From Flavobacteriales bacterium UBA7690 (GTDB taxonomy: Bacteria > Bacteroidota > Bacteroidia > Flavobacteriales_F > PHOS-HE28): a stretch of DNA of 64,000 bases. Shown here piece by piece: positions 27,868 to 36,170 of the stretch. The notes under the pieces were generated by a model. It was not told the origin of the DNA. It did no database searches and saw nothing but the letters and a program-made list of their open reading frames with translations. The stretch is from NCBI GenBank assembly GCA_002482775.1, contig DLGQ01000035.1, forward strand, positions 29,429 to 93,428. Reading direction: 5' to 3'. The translations under genes and the position numbers were made by a program. Within the stretch, counting starts at the first letter, position 1. The number at the start of each line of letters is the position of its first letter.

Positions 27868-29640
27868 ATGCGCATCACGGAAGAACAGATCAAAGCCGCC
27901 CACAAGTCGCTCAAGAACGAGAACGGAGGGGCGTGGCAGGACTACTTCGGACTGCTCTTTTTGGAGGAATTCCACAAAGTGCCGCGCGAGCAAGCGCTGC
28001 ATCAAGTGGCCTTCGGAGGAGAAGACTATGGCATCGATGGATACCACTTCGATAAAGCCAAACGTCACCTCTACCTGTTCCAATTCAAATGGAGCGGAGA
28101 CCATGAACAATTCAAGCAAGGCTTCCGCACGTTGTTGGAGCACGGCATGGCCGAAGTGTTCGGTGCCAACGCTGGTGGGCGCAGCCGCAACGCCGTAGTG
28201 AACGGCTTGAAGAACGCACTGCGCGAGAACCGTTCACGCATCGATCATGTCAGCTTCCACTTCGTCTTCACCGGCGAACCGGAGAAGGCCGAGAACAGCA
28301 GTGTGCTCGGTGCCTTGCGCGAGGATCTGGAGAACCGCAAGCACATGCTCGATGAGTGGTGGGGCAAGGAGGTGAGCATGGTGATCGAATACCGATCGCT
28401 CAGCGGAAAGCGCTCGCATTTCGTGGTTGACAAGACGCACGAGTATCCGATCAAGCTCTCCGGATCATTGGAGAAGGATGGTCCCGATGGCCAGCAGATG
28501 GTGATCGGTATGGGCCGTTTGTATGATATCTACGGCATGTTCCGCCAGATGGGTTCGCGCTTCTTCGAGCGCAACATCCGACACAGTTTGCCCGAAGATG
28601 GATCAGTGAACCGTGTGTTGCAGAAGGCGTTCCGGGACATCGGTATCGAAAAGCGCCTCGATCCAGCGATGTTCGCCTTCAACCACAACGGTGTCACCTT
28701 CAGCGCACAGAAGATCGAGCAGGACGGCACCGGGTACCGCATCACCGAGCCGCGGCTATTGAACGGTGCGCAGACCATCACCACCATGGCGCGTTTCATT
28801 GAGCGCGCGAAAGAGCGGGACGACATCGAGACCATCAAAGATCGTCTGAAGCGCATCGAGGTCATCTGCAAGGTGATCACCCAGGCCGATGATCCGTTCA
28901 TCACCACGGTCACCATCAACAACAACCGCCAGAACCCGGTGGATAGTTGGAACCTGCGCGCGAACGACCACATCCAACTGGAGCTGAGCGATCACTTCCG
29001 TGGCAAGCTCGGCATCTATTACGAACGCCAACAACGCGCGTTCGAAGGCCTCACGGAAGAAGAGCGCGACGAACAGGGCATCACCGATGACAAGGCGATC
29101 CAGATGTTGAAACTGGCGCAAACCTTCCTGGCGTCGGAAGGGGAACTGGTGGTGATGCGCTCCATGCGCAAAGCCTTCGAAGAGGACAAGCAGTACGAAG
29201 CCATCTTCCACATGCGCCGCACGGAACCTGATCCACGTTACATCGTGCTGTGCTACAAAGTGCAGTTCCGGTTGCCGTTGCTCACGCGCAGCATCTTGGA
29301 ACGTGGCGAGAACAAGTACAGCTTCGTGGGCCGTGGTCGTCACCTGCTCTGGGCCCTCATGTGCCAAGCCATCCTCAACGACAAGGACCTGCCGAAGATG
29401 GCCGAACGCTACGGCCAGGACCTCGCCATCAGCGCGAACTACATGCAGTACATCAGTGGCCTCGCCACCGGTGCTTGCCGCGCGTTGCTCAGCGAACTGG
29501 TGGAGCAGGAGTCCAATGCCGCTGCGGTGAAGAACAACGAGTTCAACTTCCTGCGCAGCAAACAATCATTCGACTACTGCATGGAAGTGGCTGCCAAGAA
29601 GTACGGCTGGGAGAAGCGCAAGCTTTCCGGCAACTGGTAA
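27868..29640 (+). CDS. AIPR-family (abortive infection phage resistance) protein candidate
   Basis: 590 aa from ATG 27868. The N-terminus has GEDYGIDGYHFD...LYLFQFKW (nuclease-like D-G-x-D-G ... Q-x-K). The central block FNHNGVTFSAQ...RLLNGAQTITT resembles the AIPR core. The assignment is from memory of Pfam PF10592 and has not been searched. Confidence 0.65.
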   Translation: MRITEEQIKAAHKSLKNENGGAWQDYFGLLFLEEFHKVPREQALHQVAFGGEDYGIDGYHFDKAKRHLYLFQFKWSGDHEQFKQGFRTLLEHGMAEVFGANAGGRSRNAVVNGLKNALRENRSRIDHVSFHFVFTGEPEKAENSSVLGALREDLENRKHMLDEWWGKEVSMVIEYRSLSGKRSHFVVDKTHEYPIKLSGSLEKDGPDGQQMVIGMGRLYDIYGMFRQMGSRFFERNIRHSLPEDGSVNRVLQKAFRDIGIEKRLDPAMFAFNHNGVTFSAQKIEQDGTGYRITEPRLLNGAQTITTMARFIERAKERDDIETIKDRLKRIEVICKVITQADDPFITTVTINNNRQNPVDSWNLRANDHIQLELSDHFRGKLGIYYERQQRAFEGLTEEERDEQGITDDKAIQMLKLAQTFLASEGELVVMRSMRKAFEEDKQYEAIFHMRRTEPDPRYIVLCYKVQFRLPLLTRSILERGENKYSFVGRGRHLLWALMCQAILNDKDLPKMAERYGQDLAISANYMQYISGLATGACRALLSELVEQESNAAAVKNNEFNFLRSKQSFDYCMEVAAKKYGWEKRKLSGNW

Positions 29641-29680
29641 GGCGCGGCATTGGATCGTTCACCATCGACCAAACAACAAG

Positions 29681-29709
29681 AACAAGGGGGGCTTTCGGCC
29701 CCCCTTGTT
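29681..29709. terminator. bidirectional rho-independent terminator
   Basis: AACAAGGGGGGC (29681-29692) pairs perfectly with GCCCCCCTTGTT (29698-29709). It lies between convergent genes. Confidence 0.65.
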
Positions 29710-29726
29710 CATTCAATAGGTTGTGA

Positions 29727-31262
29727 TCACTGCCCCACGGACAGTTCCTCGATGGACATCAAGATCGCCTTGGCCTTGCGGTCGTAGACGTACATGCACA
29801 TCTTGCCCGAGCGACCCTCCATGGCACCGGACTTCATGTTCTCCGGGTTGCTTGTCACGAAGGAGGTGTACTTCTTCGGCAGGGGCAGCTTCTGGTGGTC
29901 GGTATCCTTACCCACTTCGATGGTAGCCACGCCAACGTAGGGTTTGCCCGCGCCGAGGCCGGCATCTTCGAAGTTCGTGTACACGATGGCGGGTTTGCCC
30001 GAAGGCAGGATCGTGGTGAACTCGTAGGTGAACATCTTGAACTTCTTCATGTACGCTGCCAGCGTGATACCGTCCATGCCCATGGCACCAGCGATGTCCA
30101 AGGACTTGTAGGGCTTCTCGATCTTGTTGATGTCCAACGGCTCACCGGCATTATCGAAGTTGAAGATGATGTGATCCATCACGGTGAAGCGCAACGGGGC
30201 ATCGGCCGTATTTCCGTTCATCATGGCCAGGGCTGTCATGGCACCTGCGGCTTTGCGGAAGGTCTCAGCGATCACCTGGTAGTTGCCGTTGGCATCCTTG
30301 GCGATGTTGTGGAAGAACACCTTCGGCTTGGAGCCGATGCTGAATTTGCGCGAGGTGGCTTTCAGTGCCGCCTGGATACCGTTGTCCCAGTCGATGCTCT
30401 TGAACGCCGTTTTCTTGCCGCTGGGGTCCAGCTTCAAGAAGAAGATGCCATCGGAGTTGTCGCCGGTCATCTTTTCGCCATCGTAGTACATACCTGCCGT
30501 GGTCACAGCACCATCCGGCTCGATCAGGAACGCACCGGGCAGGTTCGTCTGCTTACCGTCGAACAGTTCGTACTCGTATTCTTTCTCGCCCGTGCTACCG
30601 TTGAAGGAGACCACTTTACCTAGGATCTTCTTGCTCATCATCCCGGGACGTTCCAAGGAGACAACGATCAGTTTGCCAGGCCCGCTTTCTGCTGCTGCCA
30701 CGCCGGTCATCCCGTTCTCCACGGTCACTGTTTTGGACCAGAGCTCCTTCAGGTCGCGGTCCATCTTCACCACTTCGTAGCCCCATTTCTTCTCCTTCAC
30801 CGCTTGGGTCAGGTAGAAGCCGGAACCATCCGTGGCAGGGTAGATCGCTGCGCTGCTGGCCGTGGCGATCTTCTTGGTGGGCTCCACCTTCTCCTTGATG
30901 ATGTTGCCGCTGCCGTCTACACTGATGAACGTATTGGTCTTCTTGTTCAGGTCCTCGAACATGAACAGGAAATCCTCACCGTTGAATTCGGAACCTTGGA
31001 GGTTACTGGTCTTCGTTACCGCGATCGCGGTCTTCTTGATCACGTTCAGGTCAAGGTCGTAGATCTCCAACGCGAATTCGACCATGCCCTTGCCGAGCTT
31101 CTCGTTCACGTAGTAGGTGTAGTATCCTTTGCCCGCGATAGGGTTCACTCCCCTGAACTCCTGTTGACGGACACCATCGATCTGGACTTGTTGGGCGGAC
31201 ACCAAAGTGGTGGCGACCAGGCTGAGGCTGAGCAACAGCTTTGTGGGTGGAAAGCTCATCAT
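29727..31262 (-). CDS. secreted hypothetical protein (511 aa; possibly the family annotated DUF6770, uncertain)
   Basis: ATG 31262 gives the signal peptide MMSFPPTKLLLSLSLVATTLVSAQQ. The product is beta-rich with repeated G-x-Y/F segments. Codon usage is strongly host-like. Confidence 0.7.
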   Translation of the reverse strand: MMSFPPTKLLLSLSLVATTLVSAQQVQIDGVRQQEFRGVNPIAGKGYYTYYVNEKLGKGMVEFALEIYDLDLNVIKKTAIAVTKTSNLQGSEFNGEDFLFMFEDLNKKTNTFISVDGSGNIIKEKVEPTKKIATASSAAIYPATDGSGFYLTQAVKEKKWGYEVVKMDRDLKELWSKTVTVENGMTGVAAAESGPGKLIVVSLERPGMMSKKILGKVVSFNGSTGEKEYEYELFDGKQTNLPGAFLIEPDGAVTTAGMYYDGEKMTGDNSDGIFFLKLDPSGKKTAFKSIDWDNGIQAALKATSRKFSIGSKPKVFFHNIAKDANGNYQVIAETFRKAAGAMTALAMMNGNTADAPLRFTVMDHIIFNFDNAGEPLDINKIEKPYKSLDIAGAMGMDGITLAAYMKKFKMFTYEFTTILPSGKPAIVYTNFEDAGLGAGKPYVGVATIEVGKDTDHQKLPLPKKYTSFVTSNPENMKSGAMEGRSGKMCMYVYDRKAKAILMSIEELSVGQ

Positions 31263-31291
31263 GTATAGGTTAGCGACTTTGTTTACCCACA

Positions 31292-32863
31292 ATGATACTG
31301 GAAACCATCCTTTCTGGCCTCTTGCGAACACGCATCCACCTCGCGTTCATCCTGCTGCTACCGTTTCTGGCACGCGCCCAGAAGGTGGAAGAACGTACTT
31401 GGGAAGGCGGCGGCCTGAAGTCGCGGGAGAGCTTGGATAAAAAGGGCTTCAAGACCGGCGAATGCACCTATTGGTACGAGAACGGGCAGATGAAGCTGCG
31501 CGAGTTCTACGAAAAGGGCCGCCGGTCGGGCAAGTGCGAAGCCTGGTTCGAAGATGGAGCCTTGCAATACGACCGCACCTATGTGGTGATGCAGCGTAAC
31601 AACGGCAGCTTGGCCGGTACGGAGCCCGTTGCGGTGAAGGACGGCCGTTGGGTGGAATACTACGAGAATGGGCAGAAGCAGAAGGAAGAGGTGTACGCGC
31701 TTGGCGTGCTGCAGGGCGTGGTGCGCACGTGGTACGAGAACGGGGCGTTGGAAGAGGTGAAGACCATGAACGACAAGTTCGAGGATGGCCTATACGAGAA
31801 ATACTTCGAGAACGGCAAGCTGCACAAGAAGGGCCACTACACCAAAGGTGAGAAGACGGGGCAGTGGGAGACCTGGCACGAGAACGGTAAGCTCGCCTAC
31901 CGGGAAACGTTCGAAAGCGACAAGCACATCGATGGACCTTGGCGTGGCTCACACCCCGATGGTACGGACAGTTTGAGCGGACAGTACGCCAATGGCCGCA
32001 AGGAGGGCATCTGGATCGCCACCCACCCCAACGGCCGGATGAAGAGCAAGGTCCTTTACAAGTTCGGCATGCCGGCGGGATCCTTCGTGGAATTCTACCC
32101 CAACGGCAACAAGAGCAGGGAAGGTGCTTTTGGCGAATCCACGGCCGACGTGAAACGTGGACGAGAAGAAGGCGAATGGAGGGAGTGGCACGAGAACGGG
32201 CAGCCGATGAGCGTGTCCACCTACAAGGATGGCCGACGCGATGGGCCCAGCACCGAATGGTATGCCAACGGACAGAAACGCTTCGAGACCACCTACATGT
32301 TCTCCGCCCGCAAGGATGATATGATGGAAGGCATGACCCGGGAGTGGCACGAGGACGGACAGCTCATGAGCGAAGGCGCGTACGTGCAAGGCATGCGCGA
32401 TGGGTTGTGGAAAGAATGGTATCCGAACGGGAACTTGCGTATGCAGGCGGTGTTCGACAAGACCAAGGTGAGCGGCGCCATCACCGAGTACTATGAGGAT
32501 GGCAAGGAGATGAGCAAAGGGTTCTACGAAGTGGAAGGCCGCCACAAGAAGCGCACAGGCCACTGGACCACGTGGTACCCAGATGGTGCTCGCCAGAGCG
32601 AAGGGGACTACATCAACAACAAACGCCAAGGCCGTAGACAGGAGTGGTGGCCGAACGGCAACATCAAGGAAGATGCGTTCTATGCCGATGGAGCCAACCA
32701 AGGCGCGTACAAGGATTTCCACGAGAACGGACAACTGCGCACCGAAGGTTTTTACAAAGGCGTGCGGAAGCACCAAGGCTTGCAGCACGGAATTTGGAAA
32801 CACTACAACGCACAAGGCGAACTGGTGACGACCGAGACCTGGTACAATGGTCGCAAGAAGTGA
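31292..32863 (+). CDS. MORN-repeat-variant protein (YwqK-family label in NCBI), secreted
   Basis: The signal peptide ends LLLPFLARAQ. About 20 tandem 23-aa units of the form G.W..W(Y/H)ENGQ....(Y/F)..G follow. Confidence 0.9.
   Translation: MILETILSGLLRTRIHLAFILLLPFLARAQKVEERTWEGGGLKSRESLDKKGFKTGECTYWYENGQMKLREFYEKGRRSGKCEAWFEDGALQYDRTYVVMQRNNGSLAGTEPVAVKDGRWVEYYENGQKQKEEVYALGVLQGVVRTWYENGALEEVKTMNDKFEDGLYEKYFENGKLHKKGHYTKGEKTGQWETWHENGKLAYRETFESDKHIDGPWRGSHPDGTDSLSGQYANGRKEGIWIATHPNGRMKSKVLYKFGMPAGSFVEFYPNGNKSREGAFGESTADVKRGREEGEWREWHENGQPMSVSTYKDGRRDGPSTEWYANGQKRFETTYMFSARKDDMMEGMTREWHEDGQLMSEGAYVQGMRDGLWKEWYPNGNLRMQAVFDKTKVSGAITEYYEDGKEMSKGFYEVEGRHKKRTGHWTTWYPDGARQSEGDYINNKRQGRRQEWWPNGNIKEDAFYADGANQGAYKDFHENGQLRTEGFYKGVRKHQGLQHGIWKHYNAQGELVTTETWYNGRKK
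31454..32860 (+). repeat. array of ~20 MORN_2-type 69-nt coding repeats
   Basis: Recurrent WYENGQ / WHENGK / WYPNGN / WWPNGN / WYANGQ units appear at roughly 23-aa periodicity in the translation. Confidence 0.85.
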
Positions 32864-33401
32864 TCGCGCGTGGTTCTTGACTTGTGCCCTCCTGTGCGCA
32901 GGTGCGTCGTCCGGCCAGTTCGGCAACACCTTCGCGTATACCGGTGATGATGCCTTGCGCGATGCCGCCAACGTGCACTGGGTGAACTTCGGAGGATTCA
33001 CCAACAACCTGTTGATCGAGGATGAAGAGCTCTTGTGGCCGTGGATGCCGTCGTTGTTCTACGAGCACGGCTACTTGGTGAACCCCTCCAACGGAATAGC
33101 GAACATCAGCCTGAACGTATCGCCGGAGATCTTCCTCACCACCCTGTTCATGGGCCGTATCACCGGTACCGCCGAGCTCGTGCTGCTGAAGGAAGCGATG
33201 AACAAACCAGAGCGCGGGCTCGGGCTTCGTATCGGCGCAGGCTACAGCGCACTGGGCAGCACCTTCGGATTCACGGAGGCCACCCCGATCGTTCGCGCAG
33301 GGCTGTTGTTCGGGAACGTACGGGCCACCTATGCCTACAGCGTTGGCAGTCGCGCCATCATCGATCACCAGATCGGCATCGGCATCAAATTCGATTGGTA
33401 A
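32847..33401 (+). CDS. small outer-membrane beta-barrel-like protein (184 aa)
   Basis: The ATG overlaps the MORN gene end by 17 nt. It has a signal peptide (AWFLTCALLCAGASSGQ), alternating hydrophobic beta-strand patterns and a C-terminal IGIKFDW aromatic terminus. Confidence 0.55.
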   Translation: MVARSDRAWFLTCALLCAGASSGQFGNTFAYTGDDALRDAANVHWVNFGGFTNNLLIEDEELLWPWMPSLFYEHGYLVNPSNGIANISLNVSPEIFLTTLFMGRITGTAELVLLKEAMNKPERGLGLRIGAGYSALGSTFGFTEATPIVRAGLLFGNVRATYAYSVGSRAIIDHQIGIGIKFDW

Positions 33402-33525
33402 TGGGTCTTCGTATGTCCATTCCATGGGGATGCTGGTGTCAATGAGATGATCGACCGAACACCGAGGCCATGCACCGAGGCGTTCTCTTCCTACGGTAAC
33501 GCGGATCGGTCCATAGCTTCCCCGC

Positions 33526-35316
33526 GTGAAGCGGCGGATATTGATGGCTTGTATGCACGCCCTCGGGGTGTTGGGTTGCCTACGAACACATGGGCAGCGC
33601 CAAGCTACCATGGACAGTTTACGCATACAGGTCCGGGACGAACGATACCAAGAGGCGTTGGTCACTTCGGAGCTGCTGCTGAACACCTTGGGGCCGGATG
33701 CTTCTGTTGCACGCGCGGAGGTGATGTTCGAAATGGCCTCTATCTACTATTCCAGCCAGAACGAGAGCGAGGCGACACGCCATGCGCAGAACGCGCTGGT
33801 GCAGGCAACGGCATCGGCCGATACCGCTACCATGATGCGCGCCACGCGCTTGCTGGCCGACCTGCTCTTCGCGGCGAACCGGTACGAGGACGCCCTTGCC
33901 ATGGAGCAGGAGGGCGTTCGGCTCGCACAGGCAGCGCGTGATGATGCCGCGCACGTGAAGTTCCTTTCCGGAGTGGGCGACAACTTCACCATGCTGGGTT
34001 TGCCCGATTCCGCGGAGCACTATTACCGCCGAACACTCGCTGGTCTTGCGCCCGACGATGTGCGGCAGCGTGCCATGACCGCCTCGAACCTCGCCAAATT
34101 GCTCAGTGAGAAAGGCGACCATGGCGGTGCGATCGCCATGCTGCGGCCAGCGGTGGAAGAATTGCGGACACGGGATGAAGCCAAGTACGCGAAGGGCTTG
34201 AACACGCTGGCCTACGTGTACCACAACGCCGGGATGCATCGCGAAGCCATCGACCATTTCGCCGAGAGCGAACGGTTGAACCAGCTCACCGACAAGGACA
34301 TCAGCACCACCTTGGAGAACCTGGGCTTCACTGCGGAAAGTCAAGCGGCGTTGGGTGAACATGAGGCTGCCTATGCGACCATGCTGAAGTTGGAGGAGCA
34401 ACTGCACGCCTACTACGCGCGCACCGCCAACGATGAGATCCTGGCGCTGGAGAAACGGTTCGAGACCGAGCGCAAGGAGAAGGACAACGCCGTACTTCGG
34501 GCGGAGAACGAGGAACGCCGCATGAACGAGGAACGTTTGCGCAATCGGTGGGTCGCTGCGGCGGCACTGGTGGTGCTGTTGGTCGGTCTACTCGGCCTGC
34601 TGTACCGCAACTACCGGCTGCGTGGCCAGCATGCGCGCGACATGGAGCGGATCAATGCCGAGTTGCAGGACCAACGTGATCGCGTGCAACGGATGAACGA
34701 TCTGCTGGAACTGAAGGTGCTGCGCGGTCAGCTGAACCCGCACTTCATCCACAACTGCCAGAACAGTGCCATCGCGTTGGTGAAGGAAGGCCGGGATACG
34801 GAGGCGCTCGTCTACCTGCAAGGCCTATCGAAGCTCATGCGCATGGTGCTGGAGCACTCGGTGACGGACCGCATCGCGCTAGAGGCGGAGTTGGAGTTCC
34901 TCCGCCAATACCTCGCCTTGGAGGCGTTGCGGTTGAAAGGACTACGCTTCACCGTGGAGGCGGATGAGCACCTGCTGAAAGAGGAGGTTTTCTTGCCGGC
35001 CTTGCTCGTTCAGCCCTTCGTGGAGAACGCCATATGGCATGGTTTGGCGGCCAAGGTGGGCGACCGCCTCGTTGAGGTGCGTTTCCGTTCATCCGAGAAT
35101 GGCCTGCGCTGTAACGTGACCGACAACGGTGTGGGGCGGAAGGCAACAGGTGGAAGAACGGACGGCGAACGATCCTACGCGACCGATCTCACCCAGGAAC
35201 GCTTGCTCCTGCTCACACACCGCATGCAGCAGAAGGGCTCCATCGTGATCAACGACCTATCCGAGGAACGCGGTGTAGCATGCGGAACGGAAGTGGTGAT
35301 CGAATTGACGATCTGA
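33526..35316 (+). CDS. sensor histidine kinase, TPR-repeat sensor + LytS/YehU-type His_kinase + HATPase
   Basis: The start is GTG and a signal peptide is present. Multiple TPR-like helices precede a coiled coil and one TM (WVAAAALVVLLVGLLGLLY). The kinase portion has the motif LRGQLNPHFIHNCQNS and the N-box FVENAIWHG. Confidence 0.88.
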   Translation: MKRRILMACMHALGVLGCLRTHGQRQATMDSLRIQVRDERYQEALVTSELLLNTLGPDASVARAEVMFEMASIYYSSQNESEATRHAQNALVQATASADTATMMRATRLLADLLFAANRYEDALAMEQEGVRLAQAARDDAAHVKFLSGVGDNFTMLGLPDSAEHYYRRTLAGLAPDDVRQRAMTASNLAKLLSEKGDHGGAIAMLRPAVEELRTRDEAKYAKGLNTLAYVYHNAGMHREAIDHFAESERLNQLTDKDISTTLENLGFTAESQAALGEHEAAYATMLKLEEQLHAYYARTANDEILALEKRFETERKEKDNAVLRAENEERRMNEERLRNRWVAAAALVVLLVGLLGLLYRNYRLRGQHARDMERINAELQDQRDRVQRMNDLLELKVLRGQLNPHFIHNCQNSAIALVKEGRDTEALVYLQGLSKLMRMVLEHSVTDRIALEAELEFLRQYLALEALRLKGLRFTVEADEHLLKEEVFLPALLVQPFVENAIWHGLAAKVGDRLVEVRFRSSENGLRCNVTDNGVGRKATGGRTDGERSYATDLTQERLLLLTHRMQQKGSIVINDLSEERGVACGTEVVIELTI

Positions 35317-35338
35317 TCGCGTTGCCGAACTTGCGGGC

Positions 35339-36076
35339 ATGATCCGCGCCCTGCTGGTGGACGATGATGATGCCGCACGGCGCTACCTCCGCGCGTTGCT
35401 GACCGAAGCCCACGCCGATGTGGACGTGGTGGGCGAAGCGGCGAATATCAGCGAAGCAGAGGTTGCGCTTGCGGTACACCGGCCCGAACTCGTGTTCCTC
35501 GATGTGGAGATGCCCGGCGGGACCGGATTCGATCTGTTGCGCACGCTGAAGCGTTGGGAGTTCGAGGTGGTCTTCACGACCAGCCACCAGCACTACGCCA
35601 TACAGGCGATCCGTTTCAGCGCGCTTGATTACCTGCCCAAGCCCGTGCTGCCGGAAGAGCTTGCTGCTGCGATGGAGCGGTTCCGTGATCAACGACCTGC
35701 TCCACCAGCGGCACAGGTGCAGGATCAGTTCATCGCCAACATCGCGCAACCCGACCCCAGCAAGTTCAAGCTCACGATCCCGCATGGGGATCGCACCTTC
35801 TTCGTCGCACCCGCCGAGATCCTGCGCTGTGAAGCCGACCGCAACTACACGTGGGTGCATCTGGGTGATGACCGGCGCTACATGTTGTCGCGGACACTGA
35901 AGGAATTCGAGGAAATGTTGGCGCCCTTCGGCTTCGTGCGCCTCAATCGTGGTGACTTGGTGAACCGGAAGCGGATCACGCATCTGGAAGACGGCAGCGC
36001 TGTCCTGCGCGATGGCTCCCGTATCGAAGTAAGCCGTCGCCGACTGGCCGAGCTGAAGCAGTTGCTGGCCTCCTGA
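35339..36076 (+). CDS. LytR/AlgR family response regulator (REC + LytTR DNA-binding domain)
   Basis: REC motifs are present (LLVDDDD, VFLDVEMPG, DYLPKP). The LytTR C-terminus is present (RCEADRNYTWVHL...LSRTLKEFEEML..FVRLNRGDLVN). Confidence 0.92.
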   Translation: MIRALLVDDDDAARRYLRALLTEAHADVDVVGEAANISEAEVALAVHRPELVFLDVEMPGGTGFDLLRTLKRWEFEVVFTTSHQHYAIQAIRFSALDYLPKPVLPEELAAAMERFRDQRPAPPAAQVQDQFIANIAQPDPSKFKLTIPHGDRTFFVAPAEILRCEADRNYTWVHLGDDRRYMLSRTLKEFEEMLAPFGFVRLNRGDLVNRKRITHLEDGSAVLRDGSRIEVSRRRLAELKQLLAS

Positions 36077-36170
36077 TCACCACTCGGTAGATCCTTCGAC
36101 CGCTGGATAGGAAGGCCTTTCCCGGCATGCGTACGGAGCACACTTTCGCGGCATCGATACGCCGAACATC

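Noticed and set aside
28756-29565. Minus-strand 269-aa ORF inside the AIPR-like gene (a possible overlapping antitoxin?)
   Set aside because: Its composition (runs of H, V, A, E, L without a start context or motifs) and its full containment in the antisense frame of a well-behaved CDS indicate a GC-driven shadow ORF, not a partner gene.
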